Positions 13,500 through 26,329 of a DNA stretch of 54,170 nucleotides are shown one piece after another. A program made the translations under genes and the position numbers. The notes under the pieces were generated by a model that saw nothing but the letters and a program-made list of their open reading frames with translations, was not told the DNA's origin and searched no databases. Source of the DNA: Girardia tigrina (lineage: Eukaryota); the NCBI GenBank assembly GCA_001938485.1, contig MQRK01251438.1, positions 1 to 54,170 of the forward strand, given 5' to 3'. Numbering within the stretch: the first letter of the stretch is position 1; every line of letters begins with the position of its first letter.

Positions 13500-14320
13500 G
13501 CGTCATTCATAATAGTATCCTGTGTTCAAATAATATCTATTCTAGAAAAAAATTATTTTCTCGGTTAAAAAACTGTTCAAGATGGAATTTCAGGAAATCC
13601 AAAGACTTCAAGTTCTTGACGTTTAAAGAACTTAACAGCGACCGGAATAAGTGATTGTTTGAAAGAGTAATGTTAGGATAATATAGCAGGTAGGGTAGCA
13701 CATCCAAGCCAAGGTCCAACAACTTTTCCTCGTAGTCAAAGAGATATTTCTTTAGACATTGTCTTAATGCAACATAACAACCTTCCTGTCCTCTAATTCT
13801 AGGCGCCTGTTCTATGTCGTTGTCTTGAATTCATCCAGTTCGGAGCAGTACTTGTTTAAATTAATCGTCTAATAATTTGGTATAAGCTCATTATGCAGAA
13901 ATCCCTAAGAATCTCACCACACACTGGATATAACTTTCTTCGGATGAAGACCGACTTTGGGAATTGCTAGTAGTAGTTCATCTGACTTATCACAAGGTCC
14001 TTTTCGCTTCACATTGTTATAGACGATCCATTTTTAATTATCCGTGATTATTTGTTTCAAAGCAGTATATTTAAGTTGTGATTGTATAGCCTATCACAAA
14101 TGAATATGCGATCAATCAGATTTTTGTAGCTCAGATAGTGCGGAACTCATCAATTTTGCTTAACTAAAAACTGGTGGACAGAAATTTTTGATATTTTCCT
14201 TCCTTTGTGTAGTGAGCAATGGTCTTAATCAAGGTCTTGAGTAGGTCATCATCAGTGTTGAAAGGTCTGCAAGTACGCTTCCGGTCTTGGAGATTGAAAT
14301 CACCAGCTGTGATTTCTTTG
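13500..14320 (-). mobile_element. Degenerate mariner transposase remnant
   Basis: GDFNLQDRKRTCRP, KWIVYNNVKRK and LGLDVLPYLLYYPNITLSNNHLFRSL (decayed HPPYSPDLAPSDYHLFRSL). Confidence 0.8.
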
Positions 14321-15428
14321 CTTGAAATAAAATAAATATGCGTCAAACTACCACTTTTTATCTTAAAAAAAATTTATATGTTTTGTATCATATCAGTGTC
14401 ATATTTATACAATCGGCACAATCTTTCCGCACAACCCAATATTATGAATTCTACATAATATGTTAGATAATGATCAAGTTAGAATTCATGATACGTTGCT
14501 GAACAAGTTATTTTTGGATAATATTCATAGAGGAAAAGGTCAAATTTTAATTGTGAATCGTTAAATGTTTCTGAAGAATCAGATGTATTTTAATTATAAA
14601 ACGAATAAATAATGTCATCATCGTATATTGTCTAATTTCATATTTATGAAGACATTTTTAAAAATCTAAATTATATCCTTAATATACAATTTTATACATT
14701 ATATCAAGATATTGAATATTATTTTGTATATTCCAGAGTGTTTCTGCCATTTTGATTAGATATTTTGTTTCTTCTTTCCATGTTGTTTGAAATGTTCTTT
14801 TGTGGATGAACTTAGTACAGACATCAGTGAGAGCTTACATAACCTAAAGGATCCGTAACGTCTAGACAGAATATTATTACTATTCATGTATTTCTTGAGT
14901 GTAAAGCACTTTAAAAGAAATAACTGAGACATTTTGTTTGAACTTTTGACTAAGAAACAATTAAAGAAACAAAGCAAGAATAATAATTAATAAGAAGACG
15001 ACAGAGATAGCTCATCAAAATTGATATAAAAAGGAAATATATTGGCGTTCCTATTAACTTTTATAGGATTATAAGCAAAAAAGAAAGCCAAACAATAAAT
15101 TAATTAATAAAAACTTTATAACATTTATTTTGTCAAGTATCTGCTATCATTTTAATGATTTAAATATTTTTCTTGTCGTTTAGATTTTTATTCTAACACT
15201 ACGAATAAATCTTGCTTTATTCATTTTTTCTTTTAAAAGATTTTAACATTATATTTGTAAAGTATGTATAATATTTATATAAGGAAGGTGAAAGTATGGG
15301 AGAGAAAATAATCTTTTGAAGAAGTCGTTTCAAGAATCATTAGTGTTCTGATTTTTCCAGAACTGTAATTTAATTTTTTTTATAAATTTAAATTTAAACT
15401 GAAAATTAATTAAAAGATTTTTAATATA

Positions 15429-16743
15429 TTAGGTTGGGGAAAAAGAAATCCATTATTTTGGCGTGAAATTCAAAACTTTATTTAACATGTTTCGGATTGT
15501 CCTCTTGGAGTCAAATATGCACCGTTTTATTGTATAATTAGTTGCCATTTTGAAGGTAGCTTCATAATGCCTCTCGTAGAAGTCTTGGTCCTTATTGGCG
15601 AAAAACTGTAATAATCGATTTTCAAAATCTTCTATTGATACCAATTTCTAATCAGTCAGGAAATTTTGCACTGCAAGAAAAAGGTGGTAATCACTTGGTG
15701 CCAGGTCTGGACTTTATTGTGGATGCATTGAAACTTCCCAATCAAGCTCCCTGAGTTTCTAGCGAGTCACTACAGACGTATGTGGTCTGGCGTTGTCGTG
15801 ATGGAACACAACACCTCTTATGTTGGCCAATTCTGGTCGTTTCTCATCAATTGCTATCTTCAAACGGTCCAGTTGTTGACAATTACAGATCTGAATTTAG
15901 TGTTTGGCCATAGGGAAGCAACTCATAATAATGATTCCTTTCCAGTCCCACCAAATACACAGTAGAACCTTCCTGGCCGTTAGTTCTGGGTTGGCAACCG
16001 TTTGAGGTGCTTCACCGTGCTTTGACCTCGATCGTTTTCGTACAATATTGTCGTATGTGACCCATTTCTCATCCCCAGTAACCATCCGTTTAAGAAATGG
16101 GTCGATTTCATTTCGTTTGGCCAAGGTTTCGCAGATGGAAATTCGATCCATCATGTTTTTTGGTGTTAATTGGTGTGGGACCCAAACATCAAGTTTCTTT
16201 TTTAATCCTGCTTTGCATAAATGGTTTAAAACCGTTTTGTGAACGATCTTCAGCTCCTGTGCGATGCTGTTCATGCCGGTCAACTTCGATCATTGCCGAG
16301 ATTTTATCCACATTTTCAATGATAGGGCTACCTGTGCGAGGTGCATCTTTAACAGCAAAAATGCCTCCACGGAATCGACGAAACCAAAATTGCGTGTAAT
16401 TGGCTGTTACAGTATTGGCACCATAAACGCCATTCACAATAATCGACGAAACCAAAATTGCGTGTAATTGGCTGTTACAGTATTGGCACCATAAACGCCA
16501 TTCACAATAACATTTGCCTGGCTTGTATTTTCGCCTTTATTGAATAAAAACTGTAAAATGTACCGATTTTTTTCTTTGTTGACTTCCATTTTTAACACCC
16601 TGTGACTCAGAAGTGAATAAAAAAAGCAAAAATTTTTTTGTGAAATTACTGTGAAATGTTACCTTGACAAAGAGCATAAATTTGAAATTTTTTGATCGAT
16701 AAATAATGAATTAAAATAATGGATTACTTTTTCCCCAACTTAA
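15429..16743 (-). mobile_element. Near-full-length mariner (mellifera-subfamily-like), frameshifted
   Basis: TA-flanked TIRs TTAGGTTGGGGAAAAAG..ATCCATTATTTT. Transposase starts at ATG 16589 (MEVNKEK..) and contains WVPHQL, VTGDEKW, HHDNARPH and SPDLAPSDYHLF. A 68-bp internal tandem duplication and indels break the frame. Confidence 0.95.
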
Positions 16744-16852
16744 TATATTTTATATTTTCCAAACGTTACATATTTAATTATATAAAATTTTAATTTGTAC
16801 ATATTTAATATAACCTTTTTTCAAAAATTTTCCTAACATTTTTAATTCCTAA

Positions 16853-17140
16853 CATGTCTGATGATGTAGAAATAACAATAATTGATAGAATTAAAAACAG
16901 CAATTTCTTTTGCCATTCAAGTTGATAAAAGTACAGATGTCGCTAATTTTGCTGTTTTGCTTGAAAAAGTCAGATATTTACATAATAACGAAGTTGAAGA
17001 AAATCTTTTATTTTGTCACAATTTATCAGGGCGCACCAGAGGAGAGGATATATTTAATGATATTGATGATTATTTTAAAAATAAAGGCATTGATTGGGTT
17101 AAGTTATGTACGGATGCTGCTAAATCTATGTCTGGAATGT
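16853..17140 (+). mobile_element. hAT (Buster/Charlie-type) transposase fragment
   Basis: FAIQVDKSTDV..LL..VRY....EENLLFC..L..RTRGEDIF..ID.YF....IDW..LCTDAAKSMSG. Confidence 0.85.
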
Positions 17141-17598
17141 GAGGAATATTTGGTGTGTGGATGTTTTTGTGTAGTGTTTGTATGTTTAAATGTTGTATGA
17201 TGATTTGAGATTGGGCCTCTCCTAACCAGATGGATTATCAATATTTAATTTCTTATAATCTGAAACTAATTTATTTAAATTTAGATTTAATATTCAAATT
17301 TTTCATTTTTATTATTGCAACTTTTAAATAATTTTATTGATTTTATTTTTGTAAATTTTTAAATAATTAATATCAAATTAATGTTTAAAAATGACTATAA
17401 AAATATTTTATTTCAGCCAATAAAATTTAAATTAAATATTTTAAAATAAAATAATCTTCTCAAGTATAGTTCAGATTATAATGAGATATTGAAAATTGAT
17501 TGATGGATCTAAGTGAAAGCAATACTATTGATTATCATAAAGATGATAAGAAATGTGAATGTAATAAATGTTCTGTCAAATATGTGAGTTCTCTTAAC

Positions 17599-18010
17599 AT
17601 GGCGACTTCACAACACGTGACTCCGAACATCAAAGGTCCAGAAACATTCGATGGATCCCAGCACAAATTAGAAGAATTCCTGATAAGTTTTAACAGGTAT
17701 TCAAAGATTGTGGGATTTTCAGAGTAGAGAAAAATTCTACTGGTAACACCCTACTTGACTCCAGATGCGATTCTGAGATACGAGAAGTCCCCAGGGAGTA
17801 CTTGCGAAGAGAAAATGCGACCAGTATTTTCAAAAGAGAAATCTATTTTGGATTTGATGAAAGATCTCATAGAGTTAAGAGTAGGTTGCGGTGACCCGTC
17901 ACTTGCGTTCCGCAAAGCAGATGAGATAATCGAAAAATAAGTGGAGAAAAAGTTTGGTAAGAAAGAACTATCAAACTTGGTCTATGCTAATATGATTGAC
18001 GATGATAACG
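17599..18010 (+). mobile_element. LTR-retrotransposon gag-like remnant
   Basis: One frame MATSQHVTPNIKGPETFDGSQHKLEEFLISFNRYSKIVGFSE*RKILLVTPYLTPDA.. with two stops. PxxFDG is gag-like; aaca|TGGCGAC at the start resembles an LTR-PBS junction. Confidence 0.5.
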
Positions 18011-18020
18011 TCACAAAACT

Positions 18021-18059
<39 letters not shown>

Positions 18060-18964
18060 CCTGGGTTATCTTGATTCTTAAACAAGTAGTTCCCTCTTCT
18101 AGAAAACATGAGATTAATCTCAAGTCTACTAGTTTAAATGTCAAACGAACCTTTGCTCTTCCCTCTCTTTTGTAAAGAAACTTAATTTACACACGATCAA
18201 GATTGTTTGAGCGACGTGTGTTGCCTTTGTATAGAAAGAGGTTAAGCAGAATAACCTAAATAATATTGGAAGTTTCTATAAATTTCTATAATAATTTCCT
18301 ATAAATTTTCTATAAATTTCTATAATAATATTTCTAGTAATGTACAATACTGGCCAAAAGTCTTGGAACAAAACCAGATATACAGCTGTTATTTGTTTAT
18401 TTTTATTTTGCATTGAAACGCATTGAATCTCAAGTCTACTAGTTTAAATGTCAAATTAAATTACATAAATTAACTGTGACTAATTGTTTGTTTTACTACA
18501 TTAATAAATATATAGAATGCCTTGCGCTTGATTCAAATATTTCTTGGTATTATTATTTCAATTTGAAGCGTGTTGAATACCGGTAGTAATTCTATTGTTT
18601 TTCGAGCAAGATGGCTAAGAAATCTGTTATTTCGTTGGAGAAAAGAGGTCACATGGTGGTGCTTAAGCAAGAAGATTCTACTTTACAACACATAATTTCC
18701 AGGATTAGATGCAGTTTATGTGCAGTGTCCAATAATTTGAAAACATTTGCTGAAGTTGGGACTGTAGCAACGAAGAAAAAAATATTAATCAGACAGATAC
18801 AACTTTGTATAATGGTGCTTTAATGTTTTGTATCAATTAATATCATATTTTAATCAATGTTTTGCTTGTACAATGTTTGCAAGAATAAATTTGGTATTTA
18901 TGTACTTTGTTCTAAGACTTTTGGCCAGTACTGTAATTTCTCGGTAATAACTCGACTGATAACA
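18060..18964 (-). mobile_element. Probable solo LTR interrupted by a Tc1 element
   Basis: Minus strand starts TGTTATCAG at 18964. After removing the Tc1 at its TA site the sequence runs into tagaaa/ttcta repeats typical of gypsy LTRs. Other end unclear. Confidence 0.35.
18345..18933 (+). mobile_element. Tc1-like internal-deletion derivative
   Basis: TA-flanked TIRs CAATACTGGCCAAAAGTCTTGGAACAAA / TTTGTTCTAAGACTTTTGGCCAGTACTG. ORF 18611-18823 resembles a Tc1 N-terminal HTH. Confidence 0.88.
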
Positions 18965-19300
18965 ATATCCAGGACATAAGCTGTAGCAATGGTATTTGAA
19001 GAATTCAAAAGCTGTAATGAAACATATACTGCCACAAACAGTACATTATGCACATCCATCTTCCAAATGTTTCACTGACTTCTTTGCAACAAAATGGCAG
19101 CTTTACCTCCTTAAGTTGATATCTATTCTTATTACTATAAAGTTGGACCTATCTTTTCTTTTCATGCTTCGTCTACTGAAGAAAGAGTAAAGCTTTTACC
19201 TTTCCTATTAGCAGTAGTATTTCAAATAGAGATATCGAATGTGTACTTCTGGATGTACCACATGTGAGTGATAATGAGCACATTCTTGATGGGGTACCCA
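18965..19300 (-). mobile_element. Possible LINE APE-endonuclease remnant
   Basis: Broken motifs FLQ*TKH (LQETK), GGKAAILL (GGVAIL) and LFVAVY occur in the expected order. Confidence 0.4.
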
Positions 19301-20902
19301 TCCTGCACCTTTCTAACTAGGAAAGTTATCTATACCTAAGTTATTTCATTGTTTTCTTTATCTGTTTCACACCAGAAGATTTTTTCTGGTTGTCCTATCA
19401 AAGGTTGATCTTGATACATTTTCCTCTCTTAGCCTTTCCAGAGGTTGCATGTTCATGAGGCATTGGAGCCAAAAAATGAATAAAAAAATTGCTACAGCAT
19501 TTATATTTTTTTCTTCTATATTGAAATATGCAATATCAACGGATTGACCACGCGATCCACGAAACGACATTTTCCACTCTCAAAAAGGGGAAGTTTAATT
19601 CTTTGATCAAGGTAATTTAAAACGATCCACTTCTACAGTACCGACGACGGACATCGCTATATCCAATTAAAACCCCGATAACGTGTTTCTATGTGATAAA
19701 ATACAAACGGTATTTCATACTACAGATTTGTATAAAACAGTAACAATGGACAGCTGTTAAAAATAAGAAAAATCTAGACAACACAAAAAATTTATTTCAT
19801 TTATTGACTATTAACTGTTTTAAACCTCTTACTTTAGTGTTCCATTAAAACCTGGATATATATATATGTCATTCAGTACAATTAAAAATCAAATTTGAAA
19901 ATTTTTTTTCACAGATATTTCTGTTAAATTCTACTAAATCAATGCTACAATTGCATCTGGTTTCGTTTGTACAAGTTGTTAGATTCGAGATAATTTTCAG
20001 TTGAAAAATCAGAAATAGATATTTTTAATTTTTTATTTAATAACAACAAAATACTATATTTTTAAACAAGTTTTTTGAATAAATTCTGAGGAACACTCAT
20101 TTTTTCTTGCTCAAACCATTTTCATAAAATAAATGAATTATAAATATAAATATATAATTCATTATTTCGTTTAATTTTGAAATTTTATTATTTTTATTTC
20201 AAATAATATTAAAAATATTTTATTCCAAGCTTACTAAGTTTGTATTTTAAATTTGTAATCAAATTATTTTATTAAAAACAATTTATGATAAATTTCCATT
20301 TTTTATAAAAAAATTATATTAACTTATTTTATTCTTATCGAAAAATTCTTATATTTTAATTTATGATATATTTTTTAATGTTTTAACAATTTCTTTGTTA
20401 GATTTTAAATTTGGAAATTTATACGAGTTTCCCAAAATCCTCACACAAGTTTTCAAAAGAAGTATCCCTTTTAAAACGTATTAGAAGAATCCCTAATACG
20501 TAATTCTCAATCTGTTTATTCCATAAAAGAGATATTTGAATAAATAAGTACTTTCCAAGACGGTAAAGTATTTATTTTATGTTGAAACGAAGCTCCAAAA
20601 TAATCCTCAAAAAATACTTCAGATGATTTTACCCATTCATGGGATGACATCTTCTTTTCGACATTACTTAATTTCTATTTGTACTTCTTTTAAGAATTAT
20701 TCTGCTTTAATTTCAGATTAATTAACAAAAATCTTCATGACGACTTTATAGTTGAGAAGGAGACACCAGAAAACATATTCATCTTAAGTGATTTTTATTT
20801 ATTTTGCTGTTTATGCGTATTGGAATGTGACATGTAAGCCGAATTTTAGAGACAACATTGAATATTTTTGATAATTTAAACAAAATAATTTCCGAAAATT
20901 AC

Positions 20903-21099
20903 CAAATTCGACCAACAATTTGTGACTAGAATTTGTCGGTTTTCATCAAGATCTAAGATTTGAATAAGTTGTAGCTTATGTTGTATGACAATTGTTTCCG
21001 TATTATTATTTACTGGTCTTCCAAATATTCCGTGATGTTCATATTTGTTGATCAGGGTACGAATAAGATCTTTCTCAATAGATTTAATTTCATTGACAA
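20903..21099 (-). CDS. nAChR-type Cys-loop receptor subunit, N-terminal ligand-binding-domain exon (start codon/signal-peptide exon not resolved)
   Basis: Translates VNEIKSIEKDLIRTLINKYEHHGIFGRPVNNNTETIVIQHKLQLIQILDLDENRQILVTNCWSNL, with the RPV, LxQIxDxDExxQ and TNxW motifs of nAChRs. Candidate acceptor ttttag at 21100-21105; donor gtaatt at 20897-20902, phase 0. Confidence 0.93.
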
Positions 21100-24000
21100 C
21101 TAAAATTAAGTATATAAACATATACAAAAACCAAATAGTCAAAAAAATTATGTATAACAATATGATTTTTCTAAAATAATAAATTAATTTTTTAAGGGTA
21201 ACCAACTTTTCTGGGGTCTCCAAATGGAAATCACAAATAAATTAATTGAAGAAAGTTTAAACAACAAACAATATTTCGAGAATGTATTTTTTCTTAAAGA
21301 ATTAACTGAGACGGATTTTTTAGTTAACTCACTTAACTAAAGATATAAATAAACATATAAAATAAATTTTTATTTAACGAAACTGTATAACAAAATAATA
21401 TACTAATAGACAGATAATAATAAAAGAAAATGGATATAAAAAGCCGATATTTTTAGTTGATATTCGAATAATTATTGACGAGATAATTGTGCTGATCTTC
21501 TACGAGATTAACAGAAGACTCGGCGGGGCGGTCGAATAATTGCGATCACAAATTGAATTATTAATGGAGTTCGAGAAAGATTCTTCGAGTAGGAATCGAT
21601 TGTTGGGTTTTGTGGAATTATTATTGTTATTGACGACGGCCAATGACGACAAGTTATGCTAGGTATCGATGAATTGAGATTGTGACAGCGAATTTTGGTG
21701 TTGAATTACTTTTTTCAATTAATTTATTGATTACTAAGATATATATATATATATATATATTGTATATTGAAATTTGTTTGTTAGTTCTGTCGCTATAATC
21801 AATAATTAAATAATTCAACAATATTATAATTTGTATTTCAAAACACACAACCCCGTTCATTTATAGTTATTTTATCACGTCATCTGGGGAAATACGTAAC
21901 AATACTATTACACGACTTCTGAAGCTTTCCAATTGGTGAATTCACACGCATACTCAACATGCACATTAACAAATTCACATGCATACTCAACATACACATC
22001 ACCCACTACAACTCTCATCATACTCTCAGTAATTATCTCATAGGTTAATTATGACATAGATCTCTTCATCATCTTACTCTTCGCACACATCAACATTTCC
22101 TAACTAATTCAACGATATTACAATTAAATGTATTAATGATATTAAATGTGAGTTTGGAAATTTCAACATTTCCAGATTATATTCTACTTCCCTGACTAAT
22201 TTTATACGATTATTTAACTTCCAAGCGAACCCTCAAAATTGACAGTATTTTAAAGAAAGTGAGTATTGCGACCGAATAACTCAAAGTCTGATTCTATATC
22301 GAAACTCTTGCTGTACCGTCAAAGTAAATACCTAATTACCGGTTATTTCGATCGACTCCGTTTCCTTTTTTTTACTGATATCAAGAACTCTTCGCTTTAT
22401 ATTTCTGTTATTGGTTGTATTAATTTAATATACTTAGTTTATAAAGTTATAGTTTTATTATTTTTTATCATTTATCATTTTTTATTATCAAAAGTTGTAA
22501 AGTAGAGTGTGATCATTGTTTATCTTGTATAAACTTCGATCACAGTCAGATTCGATATCATATTTTTTGTAGCTTGGTTCATTCGTTCGCGTCTCCACAA
22601 AACTTTACAATAGTCCCTAAATAGTTCAAATAAAATTTTCAGGTATTCTGTTGAGTTGCACTTTTTGCAGGTTGTTTTATCAACCGAACAGCCAAGTTAA
22701 TCGAAAACAAATAAAGTCATATTTACTTCCTGATATTTTCTATCATGGGTTTTTATATAAAAAAAATATTTAGTCAAAATCAGCTTATTTTTTGTTAATT
22801 TAGGCCACTGGTCCAATGGACTCGAATGGTAAGTAATGCAGACTAATTGGTAAACTGAAGGTTAAATGTTAAAAGTTGAGAGCTCAGATGGCTTTGTTGT
22901 TGAAAGATTTTCAAAAAATTTGTTCATTTTATTTATAATACAATCAGTTTGTTCAGCTTATAAGATTCTTTTAAAAATGTATATGGTATTTTAAGTGATG
23001 TGAAAGTTAAATTCACATGAGCGTTTCAAAAAGTAATCTTTTGTAATATTCTTTTCAATCGAAAATAATAAAAAAGTACTTTTTCAGTAGTTCAAAAATA
23101 CTTCAATCTGATTGGTCGAATTTAAAACTCGGAAATTTTTTCCGGTGGTACATTATTATTTTTTTCAAAATAGTTAACATCGGCCTACCTTTGTGTATGA
23201 CAAATGTTTGGGATAATTTTAGTTGCATTTTGTCATACTGTCTTTAATTGATACGGGAACAGACAATATAGTTAACCGAATGGAAAATGTTGAGCTTTCT
23301 CCACCAGTACATTATTTTTTGTGGAAATTTGTATTTGCAAATTTTTTGTACATCATTTGTGGAAAGTTTTATTTCATTTGGTCAAACATTCTTGAATTGA
23401 TTCGCGAACAGACAAACAAACAAGATATACATAAAAATTTATAAAAATCCCCACTTAATTTGAGCCCCTCTTTGTTTTTTAACAATGGATTATTTTTAGA
23501 GCTAGTATAACGATTATTATTTCTGAGTAACTAGTTTGATAAGCAAAGGAAAATATTGAAAACTGAATACAATAATTCAGTTTTACCAATACTAATGAGT
23601 CAAAAATATTCACGGATTTCGAAAATGCTTGTGTTCTTTTATGTACATTTTATATCTTTATCGTTCTCGGTTAAACCGGAAACATTTCAGAGGTCTCAAA
23701 AACTTTTTCATTTACTAATTTCTGTTAAAAAAATTAATATTTGTATTTTAAAAATGATTTAAATTGCATTTATTATTTTTATTTGGTTAAAATAACATTT
23801 TAATTTATTATTTACTGATTTTATTTTAGAAAAAAATGTTGTTTGAAAATTTCTAATTAAAAACTATAAAAATATTTAAAAAAATTTCCTTTAGAAAATT
23901 GAGATTTCGGAAGTTTAAAAGGAAATTTGTTTGGTGGAACATTAATTGCGTGCGACACTGAATGCTACAGAATGTTTGCTGATTTTATTTTCGATTTCTC

Positions 24001-24109
24001 TATCTCCCTAATGGTATTAAAAAATATTCGTTCTCTTTAAGTAGTCATAAAATGTTTTTCAAACAAATTTTCAATAATTAAAATGATTTATAAATTGATT
24101 CTTTAATTG

Positions 24110-24650
24110 ATTACTGTAAGGAATATTTTAAATTGTATGAATGTGTGAATGTATTGGAGTTGTATGTTGATTTGAGTATGCTGAACTTAGAATGTTGATT
24201 CTCCCACCCAGATGAAATTGGTATTTGTATATTTACAGTGATTGACTATTTCCAACACAATTAAAATAATAATTTGATCAGTTTATATTTTTAAAATTAA
24301 CAATTAAAATTAAGTTTATTTTTTTAAAAAAAGAAAATCATATAATTAAATAAAAAAATAATAAAAATTAAATTAAATTCATTTTTAATAATTTTATAAA
24401 ATTTTTATTATTTTGAGTTTTTATACAGAAATGGCTAAAATTATTATTTTTAATTAATACTTTTGGAAATTAAATATTTTAAAAAATTTAGTATAAATTG
24501 TTCAAATAATCATAATTAAAAATATAAATTAAAAAACGAATTAGAACGAGGTCAAACATTTAACGATCTTCTGAGAGTTGTGATGACTTTAAAGGTGATA
24601 AAAATAAAAATTCTAATAAAAATTGTCTCAATGTTCTCAACATGTCAAAA
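24110..24650. repeat. Dispersed repeat family A
   Basis: Core gaatgtgtgaatgt...gaacttagaatg.tgat.ct.cc.ccca.atgaaa.tggtatt and tail gatcttc.gagagttgtgatga.t.taaa, shared with 46086-46600 and 1-320 (inverted). Partial copies at 6440-6545, 27105-27230 and 9190-9380. Confidence 0.8.
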
Positions 24651-24835
24651 TAATTTATGATTTAAATTCAAGTCACATCTACAAAATTTCATTGTTACTT
24701 AAAACAAAATTGAAATAAAAAGAAAGTTTCAAGTATTCAAGTAAACTCATACATAATTCATAATTGTTTAACTTTTTACAATTCAAGAAATAATAAGATT
24801 TATCATACCTATTTATATTATTTTTGTGAATAGTA

Positions 24836-25020
24836 CAGTTGATCTCGCTACCCATTATGATATCAAAAAAAAGGGGTTTCGGACGGATTATCGAATTTGA
24901 CAGGACAAAAGAAATTTGAAAAATATTTTGAAAAAATAAAAAACCCAAATTAAAAGATCTTTATTTTTCTAAACATGTTTTCTTCTGTCCCATTATGCAC
25001 GGATTAACGAGAGTCGACTG
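24836..25020. mobile_element. pogo/Tigger-like MITE
   Basis: TA-flanked imperfect TIRs CAGTTGATCTCGCTA / TAACGAGAGTCGACTG. Confidence 0.55.
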
Positions 25021-25344
25021 TACTTCAAACATTAAGTCTTCATTATCTTTAGGTTGTATAAAGCAAGGGTACTTAGCATACGGCTGTAGACATCGCAAAT
25101 GTAGGCCGGGTAAATAATTACCATTCTAATTGATAAAAGAAATAGTTAACCTGCTGTAAAGTTCACAGACAGATTAAAAAATTAAATCTTCAAGTAAAGC
25201 ACAACGAATTTGTCGTTCAATGTTAATACTATCTATTTGTTTCTCAACCGAATAGTTTTGTTTAGTAAATATTTGTATATTAATTTCTCCACTCTCTTTT
25301 TGATAAATTTAAATATTTAGTAATGAAATAGTAATAGTTTTTGT

Positions 25345-25873
25345 AATATCGAGTTTACTGATGAATCCAAGTTTCCTTAAATGACTTCCAGCACTTGATT
25401 TTGATATTTCCAGAGTCTCTGCAACTTCTCTTGTCGTCATATGTGAATTAGATTTCATCAGTGCTGTTATTTTGTCACCATCAACTTCAACTGGTCGACC
25501 GGAGCGTGGTGCATCTTTCAGATGAAATTTTTCAGAACAAAATTTAGCTAACCAGTATTGACACTGTCGAAGTTTTAAGGAGTCACTACCATATACAAAA
25601 CATATCTTCTTGTGAGCTTTTGCACAGCGGTTTTCCCTTTGCGAAAATAATGCAACAAAATATGACGAATATGCTCATTTTGATTTTCCATTTCGAATTG
25701 ACGGTAAAGTAATAAATTAAAACAAAATCAATTAATATTTTGTATAAACATAGTCTGAAAATTAAGGTTTCAGAATATATAATTGAATTTAAATTTTATC
25801 ACATCGTTTTATATTTTCAAGCTTTTAATTACGAATCGTACTCAAAAACGCAATGACTTTTTGGCCAACCCAA
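25345..25873 (-). mobile_element. Mariner 5' half
   Basis: TIR TTGGGTTGGCCAAAAAGTCATTGCG with TA. Peptide MENQNEHIRHILLHYFRKG..LKDAPRSGRPVEVD..TTREVAETL..HLRKLG; truncated before WVPHEL. Confidence 0.88.
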
Positions 25874-26329
25874 TACTATGAAATGTATCTTTATACAAAA
25901 AAGTCATTGTATATGAAAGAAGTTTGAATAATTAGTAATCAAAAATAGAAATAAATTGGATATTTCCTCTGACTAAATGAACCTGTATTCTCTTTTTTCA
26001 GAAATAAATTAATAACTTTTATTTGAAATATTTATTTTGTATTTTATCCGCAAATTGAAGAATTGTGACACAATTAAAAATGAAAAGCTCATTCACCGAT
26101 GAAAAACACCTCTTCACCATGGACTATGAAGTTGATTTTTCTGTGATTTCTACTTCAGATGGATGCATAAAATATCCTATTTAGGAAAACATCATTAATA
26201 ATGTAAAGCGTGACAATGCGATAGGTATTTTTTTATCGCAATGAGTATCATCCTTCAGCAAGATTTGAAAGCAATTCAAGAAAAATCTCCAACGCAAATC
26301 TGAATTAAATTAGACGGCAGACACAAATG

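Noticed and set aside
22800-22880. tRNA/SINE-like A box (TGGTCCAATGG)
   Set aside because: No B box or cloverleaf.
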